Shown: one piece after another, positions 38,731-50,105 of the stretch
How the letters are laid out: every line of letters begins with the position of its first letter
Numbering within the stretch: position 1 is the first letter of the stretch
NCBI GenBank assembly: GCA_024137785.1
Contig: JAHRHZ010000019.1
Span: 44,489,624 to 44,553,623 of the forward strand
Direction: 5' to 3'
Origin: Ginglymostoma cirratum
Lineage: Eukaryota
DNA: 64,000 nt
Notes under the pieces: generated by a model
The model's database searches: none
Told to the model about the DNA's origin: nothing
The model's input: the letters and a program-made list of their open reading frames with translations, nothing else
Program-made: the position numbers and the translations under genes

Positions 38731-41700
38731 TTTGAAACTTTGGAATATTTATCTTTGCCTCTAACAGGGCTGGAAGAGCTTGAAGCCTAAGCAAGCTATG
38801 AAATAAAATGCAAGATGTATAATTGTCCTTCAATCCTTCATAAAACAGGAACAGAGTTCCCCTATGTGCGACTTGTAGTGTGATTATATACCCATTTATA
38901 ACTGAATAGAGCACTAAGAAAATCCTCCTTAATAGTGAACTAACTAGTTTGTCAAGTGTATAGGGGTGCAAACGCAGGGCCATTGACTTCACAAAAAATA
39001 GTGAAAGGTACCAGCATCAACCTTACGATGACCGCATTAATCGGGCTGTTGACAAAATATCAGGAGGAGGCTTTCCAGCTGCCTGCTTAGCCAAATATGA
39101 AATGCGGAATAGATAAAAGATCAATTGATATAAAGTATGCAAACTGCCTAAATCATCATTCATTCTTATTTGTCATAAGTATTGAAAGTGAATCAGTGAA
39201 GTTGCAATCAGAAATAAATCCTTAAGGAATATTGGAACTACAGTAAATTCTGAAAGAAAGTTTCCCAAGATGCTTGCATTCATTACTGCAGGCCAACTTA
39301 ATTCATTCACAATTTGTCTGTTGTCCCACTCATTATTATTGCTTCAGTCTCAAAAAACAATTTACCGCTGCTTTTGAAAACAGATCCGGCTTTGTATTTT
39401 TTTTTTCCCAGTAACTACATTACTCATCTAGAATTCAAATTTAATAAATGTAATAATTTGCGATGGAATTAATTGTCAGTTGTAAATATTGAAGACTGAG
39501 ATTTCATATTTCAATGTGTAGGAAAGAGAAATGAAAGAAATGAGGAATTATAAATTAAAGTGATTTGATTTTCCTGTTCCCAAGCATCTTGTGTTATTGT
39601 ATTAAATAAAATTGGTAAGATATACAGTCAAATTCCCAATGCAGCTTTAAATTCAGTTAGCTATCACTCTTCAGAAATGGCTGGATACAGAAATGCATTT
39701 TGGGACAATTTTGCTTCACAAAGTTCAATCTTAACAAAGAATACTAGAAATGAAGGTGGTTGAGAAAGCATAAACAAGGAAAGATGAAAAGTAATACCAA
39801 CAAAAAAAATGGACAACAAAAGTCATAAACTTAATGTTTTATGAATCTGTAAATTTTTCATTAAGCAAATTAATAATATTACAAAATTTGGTTTACAATG
39901 AAGACAACAGTGTTTAACCTTTAGACTGTGAATTATCAAAGATTGAAATGAATATATTTAAGATCACACATGATTAGTTGAACTTCTGCCTTCGCTCTAT
40001 GAAGAAATTGGTTTATTTATGCAAGCATACTTTCAACACGTAATCCAATGTTTCATATTTATGTTTATATCTTTTAAGTTTAATTTAAATTTAAACATCA
40101 TGCTAAATAGCTGGTTGACTGATATTTTCCCAAGCTTCTTCTGCCTTGATTCTATTACACTTTCCTGGCTCAAGGAATGTTAAATCATCAGTCTAATGGC
40201 AGTGCAAAGTGGGGTATGATTCACTGGATGGAGGGGGCAAATTCTGTGACATTTTACACAGTGAAAGTACATTCAGGAATGTCTGCTAAGTAGCGTGTTG
40301 AGCAAGAACTTTGTAATCCAGCTTTTATCAGTCTAATTTCAACAAAAAGCTACAGTTTTGTTAAGTGGGTGTAATGCTGAGAGATACATGCTTGTATATT
40401 TTCCTCATTCCTATATTGTCATAATACATTGACTAACATTGACAATGATTGCTTATGCAACTGCACTCAACACATCCAGAAATATTGATCGGTTGGAAAA
40501 AGAATTAGGTGCCTGACATAATCAAGCTCTGCCCCTAACTTCAGTCTCGCCCATCCCAACCTAATGGAAAAATAAATTTAGCCTCTCATTAGGAGGATAA
40601 CAACATGGTGTGATGAATCTTTCTGTCTGCAAGTATTCTTTGTGCTGCAGAAATATGAAAATGCAATACACAAGGCACATTTGCTCTCAGGGTTGTTACA
40701 TTTGGCTGTTCGAAAATATTAATTGCATGTAATTCTGCCCAGAAATAGGGACATGGCTATGTGCAAGGACTTTAATAAGACATTAAGGCCAGTTCAAAGG
40801 TCACTGAAAGGAGTTCAAATGTGGTAAGCAGCAAGTCCAGAAGTTATTAAGTATGTGTGCATAAGAGAAAGAGAAAGGCAAAAAGAGAGAGCAGTACATT
40901 CCAAGGATGTTCTGGAAACTGAATAGTATAGTGCAGCTGAGAGTGTAGGTTGTGTGATGTGTGGGAGTATTTGCTTGTTGTAACTGAGCAAGATTAGAGT
41001 TCAGGGAAAAATCCAGGGGTAGCTCTAGTGTGGTGCAACTAGCTGATGGTGAAAACTGTGCGTGCGAGTACAGTTTCCAGAGTCCAGAGAAGCACACTCC
41101 CCAGAAAGGAGGTGATTAACCAGAATGGGAGAAATAATTCAAGAATTTTGCAAGGAAATGGTTCTTGAGAGGGAGTTTCAAGGCTACACTGGCAAAAGTG
41201 ATCAGTTGTAAATCCTTGTGAAGTTCAATGACATTTGTTAATCTACCATGTCATTCATGTCCAGGACGTTTGCGGGGGGTAGGGGGTGAGTTGCTGAGAA
41301 ATCTACAAGATCTGTCTTGATTGCATTTGCTGTTTGATGCACTTTTTATCACAGTCCATTACCCAAGTCTACCACATTAATTCTGGGTATCAGAATATAA
41401 AGTGTATTTTGATTGCATTATTGTTCTTATATTGCAGAGTTAAATTAATTGGTATTTGTTCAAAACCCAGATCCTTGCGGTTTTATTGTCTTAAGTCCCT
41501 CTGGATTTTACACTTTGGTTATGATAAACATTAAGTTACTGGTCCCTAGTTAGATTTTCAAACACATTTGGTTAGTAAGGTCTGGGATTTTAAGAATATT
41601 TCAGTAAATTAGAGAAATATGCCACTTTTATGTTGCATTAAACAAGAAAAGTAAATACTTTGAGAGAAGTTCTATAGAACTTTCATTTTATGATTGAAGT

Positions 41701-42241
41701 ATCAGCATCATAATTACTTTAGGACTACATAATTTTCACTTATGACTGCAAGCTTGAAAAATACTGCATGCAATATACTTGGATGAAGATTTAACAAAAT
41801 CATATTAAATTCTCTTTCACCACTAATTAATAGAAGCATTAACTATTTTTTTCTAAATGGGCACATACTTCAATTAATATTAAGTAACTTCACTTAGTAA
41901 TTTCTAATACATGATGATTTATACATTCTGAAAACATGTGTTGAGGCATCGAAAATGCCTAGGAGAACAAAAAATTCAAATCCTGCCTACAAAATCAATC
42001 CATTATTCTTTTGTTACCTAATCTTTATACAGTTTCAGTGACTTGATTTTAGCTTAAAAGTGTTCAGTGAGCTGAGGCATTTCTGTCAGAAAGTATCAGC
42101 ACTCTAAAGATTAAACATAACAGGATAATATCGAAAAATAAAATGACGTTGCAAAAGAAATTGAAACAACAACAAATATGCTGGATTCTTTATAGAATGA
42201 TGGTGATTGATTTTGCTCTCGAGGGAGAGAATGAGGGATAC

Positions 42242-42415
42242 CTTCACAGTCCCGTTCAATCTGCCCATTGCAGTACAAAGCATCAGAAATTAGGTCTGGT
42301 AGTCGTCCATTCAGGTCTACTGAAGCCAAGCAGCCTTGAAATCCCTCCCTCGATGCCACCAGCTTTGGTAATGTTTTGTACATGTCTTTGGCAATTCCTC
42401 CAATATACAAGTCTC
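42242..42415 (-). CDS. NRXN1: Neurexin-1 alpha internal exon (174 bp, end of LNS5)
   Basis: ccttag|GA GAC TTG...TGT GAA G|gtatcc. Translates [57 protein letters not shown]. The ISDAL(Y/F)CNGQIER segment is NRXN1-like; NRXN2 and NRXN3 have DALHR here. Confidence 0.96.
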
Positions 42416-43899
42416 CTAAGGATTGGAGAGAATATAAATCGAATTAACACAATCTTAAACCTTATTGATTTAACTTAACTCTTCAAACACAGTAATTCTG
42501 GAAATGAAAACAAAGAACTGTGTGGCTTCATGGGAGCTTTGATTTTGTGATTACGGAAATAAATTTTAATGAAGCATTCCGATCAATGCAATTTCAAGCA
42601 TGGTTTGGTTACAACTTCCTGAATGCATCCAAAAGTGAAAAATCCACCTATAAAAAAAGTCAGGTTTAGCATAGCATGCACCGTTGTCCACAATCTCCCA
42701 TTTCACACATATTTCATGTTTTCAGCACGTTTAGTTTTTGATTGCCGTGTAAACAATGCCATCCACTTTCATTTTGCTTGCAGTCATCGTACTGTCCTTC
42801 AAAAATTAACATTGTAAAGGAGGTGAAGGTAAGAACAAGAATTCATTCACTTTGTAAGCATCACTTCCCACAAAGGAAATCCTTTGTAGGCTACACACTG
42901 AGTGACATTCAATGAATCTGATGAAACAATACTTTCCAGTCGGTATTTAACACAGTCACTTCAAACTTCTGGATATTATTTGCTTGTGAATATTATATGA
43001 CTCATTGTACTTCAACAATCCAGAATGACACTACATTTCTACACTGCTGTATTCAATTGTTGTCTAGTTCCAGCAACCTACACAAATGTTCCTGCCAAAT
43101 ATTCATCACTTTTAACATTAAGTACTTTCAGCACTTGACTTAGGCAAGATGTGTATTTAAAACAATATTAGTAAACCTCGCCATGAATTGGTATGAGCAA
43201 AAGATGAGCAAATAGTAAAAATGATATTATTTCCCTATTTTGTGTGCCTTTACAATGTAATGATCAGTGACTGTACAAGGTACTGTGCAGCTGTTATTTT
43301 CAATCTACCTCTCAGTGGATGAAAGTATTGCTCCTGCTACTGATTCCATTTAAAAATACAATTTTGTAAGCCGCAGTAAAAACTTGCACTCCCGACATGA
43401 ATGTGGATCCGTCGGCAAGAGATGTTAGGAGTCGTGGCAAAATGAGATTGAAGTGAACTATGATGATATAACTGATTTTAACATGATTTTGTCATCAGTG
43501 AGTGATGTAGAAATAAACATGACAAGATAAAGGTTTTAAATGCTATACCAGTGTGTTGTATTGAGTAACCCAGAGTGATACTGTACACAAGGGGCTGGAG
43601 AAGCTTACTTAGACATAAGGAATAAGTGGCTCATGGAACAGTGCATGTGCAGACACCCACAGCTCAGAGATACTCCAGACAAGTATCACAGTGTGCAGAT
43701 AGCAGTATTTGCTTGAAGCACAAGGCAAAGCACAATGGCAGCTAAGGAAAGAACATCTAGAGCCAGGATAGGAAATTAAAATAGGCACAAGGTCACAACT
43801 GAACAAAGAGGACTCTGAAGATAGGCTGAGACCTCATAAGATTGGAGTAAAATAAAACTGGAAAAGAAGAAATCTCTAAATACAGAGGAATAAACGGAT

Positions 43900-45165
43900 T
43901 TTGAAAGACTTCAATTACAGGTCTACAGAGCGGGAAGACTCAGAGGATAGAAAAAACAACCTGGGAACACTTTGAAAGCTAACCATAAACCTGCCATGCT
44001 CTGGAGAGGTAAAATACAGGATCAGAACATTTCAAAGTAAAAGCCCAAGTACTCAGTCAGGTCAAACATAGAAGTACTGTATTTTAGCCCCAAAATAGTG
44101 TGCTGAAACAGGCGATATATAGTTGGTGATCCAAGAATCAACAGAAGTCCTTTGTAATGGATTGATACCTTCAAGAGGGGTGTGGCTAGGTTGAAAGGTG
44201 CATTGAGGCCATAAAGTAGCTGATGTGAGGAATGAGAAGTATCAGATTTTCCTAAAACCAAGTAGGGTTTAATGAGGAAATCTAATTCATTAAGCAGTCA
44301 GAAATCAGAGCCCCAAATTGTTCAGTGGTGCAAGGATATGTCATGGATTCTTCAGATACGATTGGACGGGTAGGACACAAGATGGTATTGCCACGCTCAC
44401 AGAAGCCCAGCAAAATGCCAGAAGAGTGGGATCAATGTCATCAACAACATTGGATTGTACGAGAGTGAGTCAAAACTGATCTGCATTCACAATGAATGCC
44501 CAGCAGGAGGATCCGAGTGCTGTATGTGTGGGCAGTTACAATATTCAGAATATTTTCTAATAAGAGAAACTTTATCAACTCAAAAGTATAAAAAGGACTT
44601 GCAAAAAGAAAACATCCAAAGAAGCAGAAATTACACAACAAGGAAGAATCTCAGGGAATATACAGAACAAAAGGTGAAGACAATTTTTCTGGGTGAGGTG
44701 AAAGAGAGACTAAACAGACTTGGGACTATCACCTTCAAGGTACAAGTGTTTGCGACTGAATTTAAATTCAACACGGGAGCAGTTATTTCAATGCTGGAGG
44801 ACAGCTTGCTTCTGTTGAAGAATGTCAACTGATTGAGAGTCAGACCAGCTAGCATACAATTCCAAATTCCATGAAGCATAGATCTTCAGGTGGATGGGCA
44901 AATAACCCTCAAAGCTTAGTCACAGAAGACAACATGTCAACGAGACATTTCACACACTGGGAACTCAGAATACTTTACTGTTGAGAAGCAATGCAGGTAT
45001 TTGTCAATGTGTTTTACTTCAGAATGAAAACTGAAGAGAATTTTGACAAGAAATTCCAAACTTATTTCAAGGCTGAAACAAACTGATGCAGCAGTATCAT
45101 ATTTCTCTGCAAAAAGATGTTAAACCCATCTTCTTGCACACTGTCAGGAAGTTCCTTATCCTTTG
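43900..45165 (+). mobile_element. Decayed Ty3/Gypsy gag-protease remnant
   Basis: ORF 44455-44832 contains HNECPAGGSECCMCGQ (gag zinc knuckle) and EFKFNTGAVIS (protease D[T/S]G site mutated to NTG). Downstream YHISLQKDVKPIFLHTVRK is typical of the pre-RT segment. Boundaries approximate. Confidence 0.68.
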
Positions 45166-45526
45166 CTGTCTCTGCATCATGCCCTGCTCAGTCCTCACCT
45201 TTGTGTTTGCTGATTCACATTGCTCCAGTCTATCAATGTCTCAACTTAAAATGTTTCAATGTTATTTTTAAATTCTTTTGTGCCATTGGCAATCCTTATC
45301 TCTGTTATTGCCTCGGACTCTCCAATCTTCTGAAATATCTGAGCTCCTCTAATTCTGGACTCAAGAGCATCCTAATTTTCATCACTTGGACAAGCTGGCC
45401 AAACACTTGGCTGCCTGGGGCTTATGTTCTTGTATTACCTCTCCCCATCTCTCTACAATTCTATCTCTCTCTGCTCTTTTAATACACCCGCTTGCAAGGC
45501 TGCGTACTCAGCCCCTTAATATACTC

Positions 45527-45840
45527 AGAGTCATAGATTGACAGACTCATACCACATAGAAACAGACACCTGGGGTCCAACCAGTCCATGCTGACCATGT
45601 TCCCTAACTAAACTAGTCACACCTGCCTGCATTTGGCCCATATCCCTCCAAACCTTTCCTATTCATGAACTTATCCAAATGTCTTTTAAACATTGTCACC
45701 GTACCTGCATCCAACACTTCCTCTGGCAGTTCATTCCACGCATGAACCACCCTCTATGTAAAAAAGTTTCCCCCTCATGTCTTTTTAAATCTTTCTCCTC
45801 TCACCCTAAAAGTACGCCGCCTAGTTTTGAACTTCCTTAC
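45527..45840 (-). mobile_element. CR1/HER1 LINE 3' fragment
   Basis: Reverse complement closely resembles 55660-55925 and 16350-16620. Confidence 0.85.
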
Positions 45841-45904
45841 ACAATCAAGGTTGTGTGGCCAAATTCAGCTCTAACTCCATTTGCAAATTTGCTCTTTACA
45901 CTAC

Positions 45905-46690
45905 CATAAGTGGGTCAGATCTCAAACAACGATGAGGCAGAGTACAGGAGACAGTGAGCTTAGTAGCTTGGTGTAAAGGCAATAATTTCTCTCTCTCAGT
46001 GTCAGTAAAACAAAGGAGCTCGTCATTAACTTAGCAAGCAGAGTGGAGGACACAGCCCTGACTATATCAATGGTGCTGATGAGGAGGTGGTCAAGGGCTT
46101 CAAGTTCCTAAGAGTAAATATCACCAACAATTTGTCCTGGTCCATCCACGTTGATGCTACAGTCAAGAAAGCACACCAATGCACCTCAAGCCACACCCCC
46201 ATCTCCTATCTACTAACATCATCCCGCCCCCTTGACCTGTCCGTCCTCCCTGGACTGACCTATCTCCTCCCTACCCCCCCACCTACACTCACCTTTACTG
46301 GCTCCATCCCCGCCTCTTCAACTTGTCTGCCTCTTCTCCACCTATCCTCTCCTCTATCCATCTCTATCCACCTCCCCCTCTCTCCCTATTTATTTCAGAA
46401 CCCTCTTCCCCTCCCCCATTTTTGATGAAGGGTTTAGGCCCGAAACGTCAAGTTTTCCTGCTCCTATGATGCTGCTTGACCTGCTGTGTTCATCCAGCCC
46501 CATGCTTGTTATCTCGGATTCTCCAGCATCTGCAGTACCTGTTATCTCTCACACCAATGCCTCTACTTCCTCAGAAGGCAGAGGAAATTCAGCATGTCCA
46601 TAATGACTTAGCAATTTTCATAGATGCACCAGAGAAAGCATCATATCCAGACGCATGACAGCTTGGTTATGGCAGCTGCTCTACTCCAGG
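45905..46690 (+). mobile_element. Rex1/Babar-like LINE RT C-terminal fragment, interrupted by a Penelope unit
   Basis: Motifs ISNNDEAEYR, WCKGNN, SKTKEL and FKFLRVNITNNLSWSIHVDATVKKAHQC. The frame resumes as LYFLRRQRKF after the insert. Confidence 0.8.
46183..46549 (+). mobile_element. Penelope-derived ~370-bp unit with a mutated hammerhead (TTGATGA)
   Basis: Reverse complement of the 5048-5420 type. Exact 11-bp target-site duplication cacaccaatgc at 46172-46182 and 46550-46560. Confidence 0.92.
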
Positions 46691-47020
46691 TCTATTCCTC
46701 AATTTTTGACTTCATGGGCAAACCAAGAATGCTGAACACAGTCAAATCTAGCCTATATTCTTATGTCCAAATTAATAATGGTATAAAATACCAGTGCAGG
46801 TCAAAACGAATTCTTGGCATTCTACCTGAACGTGAAAACATAAACTGGCCAGATCAAATCCTGTGAGGCAGTGATAAGTCTGAAGAAATCTGGTGAGGCC
46901 AAGACTCAATACAGAACAAGAATATTGGAAAATAATGTGTAAGGATTAAACCAGCACTCTTTGTTTTTAGAAAAGGGAAGAAATTCTGCTTTATTAGAGA
47001 ATAGGTCAACAGTCCCTTAC

Positions 47021-47211
47021 CTTTCAGATCGAGATTTCTGGCTCCAACTGTGTTTTGAGTGATGAGTTTGGAATTAATCTTCACAGTGTGCAAATTGCTT
47101 GCATCCCTCGAAATCAGCACATTGTGCCATTTATTGTCATTCAGTGGTTTGTCAGAGTTACCTTTAATGAGGGAAGGGCCAGTACCTAAATCGAATACAT
47201 AATGTAAGTAC
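47021..47211 (-). CDS. NRXN1: Neurexin-1 alpha internal exon (191 bp, LNS5)
   Basis: cctccacag|G TAC TTA CAT...CTG AAA G|gtaagg. Translates [63 protein letters not shown]. Phase 2 to phase 1. Confidence 0.96.
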
Positions 47212-47778
47212 CTGTGGAGGGAAGAAATAAGGAAGTTAGTTATCAGCTCACAGATACTAGAACTGGACAGTGTTGGTTCAGATTAGAACAGAAATCTCCA
47301 AAAGGAGTTTGGTTTGTTGGGGTGGGGACAGAATCAGGTAGGAGGGTAGTGGCTGGAGGGTCCTGCTGCCTTCTCATCTTTACCCTGATTAATTCTGGGG
47401 AGGGGAAGCTCTGCTGTCAAGTAAGGGCCTGAAGCAGGCAATTATTACCCACATAAGGACTTCACCTCCTTACTGCTGGAATTCAGCTAGCAGTAGATGG
47501 AGTATTTGCCAGGTGGGAAACCTTACAAACTCCAGTGCGCTCGCTTACTCAGAGTACTCCGTGCCGAATCTGGCAATTGAAAGGGAATGTCTACTAAAAG
47601 CCAATTCCTCTCCTTCTGGTTGACTCACCTCCCCTGGGCACTCCAAACACCATTACTTTCCTGTTCCCTGGATTCCTCGAGGATTCTAGGTCTCAGGTGG
47701 ACACACTGATAGCAGTAGTCACCTCTCTTGCTGGTGCTGCTGGCCTCTAATTGTCTGCCAGCTCTCAGGAGTTAGGAT

Positions 47779-47791
47779 CGCCATCTGCTGG
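47779..47791 (-). promoter_or_regulatory. Candidate CTCF motif (reverse orientation)
   Basis: Reverse complement is CCAGCAGATGGCG. Confidence 0.35.
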
Positions 47792-48234
47792 ATTTCAAGG
47801 TAGGACTGCTGCTTTCCAGAGAAGTGCCTAGTTGGACATTAATTCACTGGGCCTTGTCAACAGGAGATTCAGAGGTCATCCTGGCTCTTTATCCAGTGGG
47901 AGAAACCTTCATCAATCCAGTTAAATACCTCTCATTGTGTCCTTCTGTTCATGCCTCTTAAAGGCAAAATGTTTTCGACTACAATGTAACTCTTAACGAC
48001 ATAGTCATGCAAGAATCTATACATAGATCAATTGTTTTCCTATGCACTACGAACAAGGAAAGTTTCAGATACAGCTGCAAATTTTGCTTAATATTAGCAT
48101 GGGGAACAGAATTATGATTAAAACTATAATGGCAATAAAGTATGCAAGCATAATCTCCAAAAATGTAACTTGGTAAACTTAATTTCAGATTTTATACATG
48201 TACTGTATTTGAAATGTAATGAGTCCAATCATAC

Positions 48235-48616
48235 CCTTTAACGAGTTCGATCACAATGAAATCATTGCCATCCCCGCTGTTGAACAGTATCAGTCCATCA
48301 GCTGATGTGGTCTTGAATTGGAAGAACAGATGCATGGAGGTGTAGGCTTGCAATGTGGACAGTGCTACATAGCTGGACTTTGTCTTGAAGGTCACAGGGT
48401 CAGCAATAATATTTTTTAAACCAAATCTGGCATTAAGCTCACAGTAGTCGATATCACCATTTTTGCACAAGTCAATGTAAGGCATGCCATTGAACATTAG
48501 GCTCTGTAAATGGCCAATGAAATTTGAAGGGATGTTTGACATGTATCGTCTCTCCGTCACTATGCCTGTTTCAATATTGTGGAACTCGAGGCGCGTATGA
48601 TCTCCTGTCATTTGAT
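48235..48616 (-). CDS. NRXN1: Neurexin-1 alpha internal exon (382 bp, end of LNS4 and start of LNS5)
   Basis: tttatcag|AT CAA ATG ACA GGA...GTT AAA GG|gtatga. Translates [24 protein letters not shown]...[73 protein letters not shown]...[12 protein letters not shown]. Phase 1 to phase 2. Confidence 0.97.
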
Positions 48617-48906
48617 CTGATAAAGGAAAGAAACATTAAGGTATATAAAAACCACTTTGCATCCAAAAGTACAAAGGAAATAATGCAATATATGTTTATG
48701 AAGAAGTTCACCACTATTTATTGTTTAAAATCCATTCAACTCACCTCATTCTAAATTCTTGCATCCATTAATTATAAATGAATTTGTTTCAATTATTTTT
48801 CCAGGACTCCAATAATTGACCAGATTTAACAATAAAATATGCAACCAAAGCTATTTGAGTCACCCCAACATAACATGTACTTGTTCTTTCACGCAAACTG
48901 TTATGA

Positions 48907-48925
48907 TAGCCAGCAGATGGCGCAA
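48907..48925 (+). promoter_or_regulatory. Candidate CTCF motif (forward orientation)
   Basis: TAGCCAGCAGATGGCGCAA fits the CTCF core CCASYAGRKGGCRS within an AT-rich background. Confidence 0.5.
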
Positions 48926-49907
48926 TTTACACACTGATGATTCTGACTGATTAAAAAAACACGAAGAAAACTTTTCTATCATCGGCAGAAGAAAGTAATC
49001 TACAATCTATCATCATGATATACATAGGCACAAGTGTGTGATCATTCACCAGCACCTACTGTTTACAAAAACATTGCAATTAGCAGAAAGGAATAACAAA
49101 ATATCTCACTGTTACTGCATTTTACTTAGCATTTGCTTTTTACAGTGTATTTTTGTGTTGTGAAATCTCTATTTCATTTCATCAAACTAAGTGATAAACA
49201 TTTACCATAATTTAAAAAAAGTCAAACTAAATGCAGATTTCTACTCATTAGCAATCATGCAGTTAAGAATGAGGAAAGACATTGTGCAAAGGAATTTATT
49301 TTTGTGCAGGAATGTGACATTGAAACCGTATCTTCTAAAATTGCATAAATCAGACATCACGCTCACATTAAAACATATCTTTGCACTGGCTAGAATCTTA
49401 AAATGTTTTCATTCGTAACGTATGTCCCATTTTTACGTCGAAAAATACTGAGATTGCTTTAATGAAACGCATTCTGAGAACTAAGCATTTAGCTTGTTCC
49501 AAATTGCACTTTAATGCTTCAGAGAATGGCAGCAGCACTGTGATGTCAATCGGGATCAAAATTGTAAGGCTTGTGCTTGAGAACATGCTAACTGTGGGGC
49601 TAATTGATCTCACAACCATCAAAATTTGTTACAGTAGAAGTGAGAAAGGCATGGCGATACCAGTCCCTGGATCCTGGGTACATGCTGACACTTCAGTGAA
49701 CAACAAAAATCAATTTAACCTTGTGGTACCTTCTGGATCTTTTGTAAATTGAGCAGTGACTGTAAGAATTTTCAATAAGACTTCTTCTGCCCTTGAATAG
49801 TAATTCAAAACCATGAATATATCCATGACAGATACCAATGTTTCTTTTACGAAATTCATCCTGAGTGGGATGCCTGTTTATTTTTGAGTAATTGTTTGCA
49901 TACTACA

Positions 49908-50105
49908 GGGGCTCGGCTAGCTCAGTTAGCTGAGTGACTAGAGTATTGTGCAAAATGAAGCTAACAAAGCCTTTTCAAACCCTGTATGGGCTACTGTAGT
50001 TGATAGAGGCCTGCTTTCTCACTTGTCTCACACTTTATGGAGTGGTTACCTTCAAGCTATACACCATCAAATATTTCACCATTGGTCCTTTGTGGACTAT
50101 GACTC
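49908..50105 (+). mobile_element. Degraded tRNA-derived SINE
   Basis: Begins ggggctcggctagctcagttagc (A-box-like), followed by a weak B-box ttcaaaccc. Confidence 0.4.
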
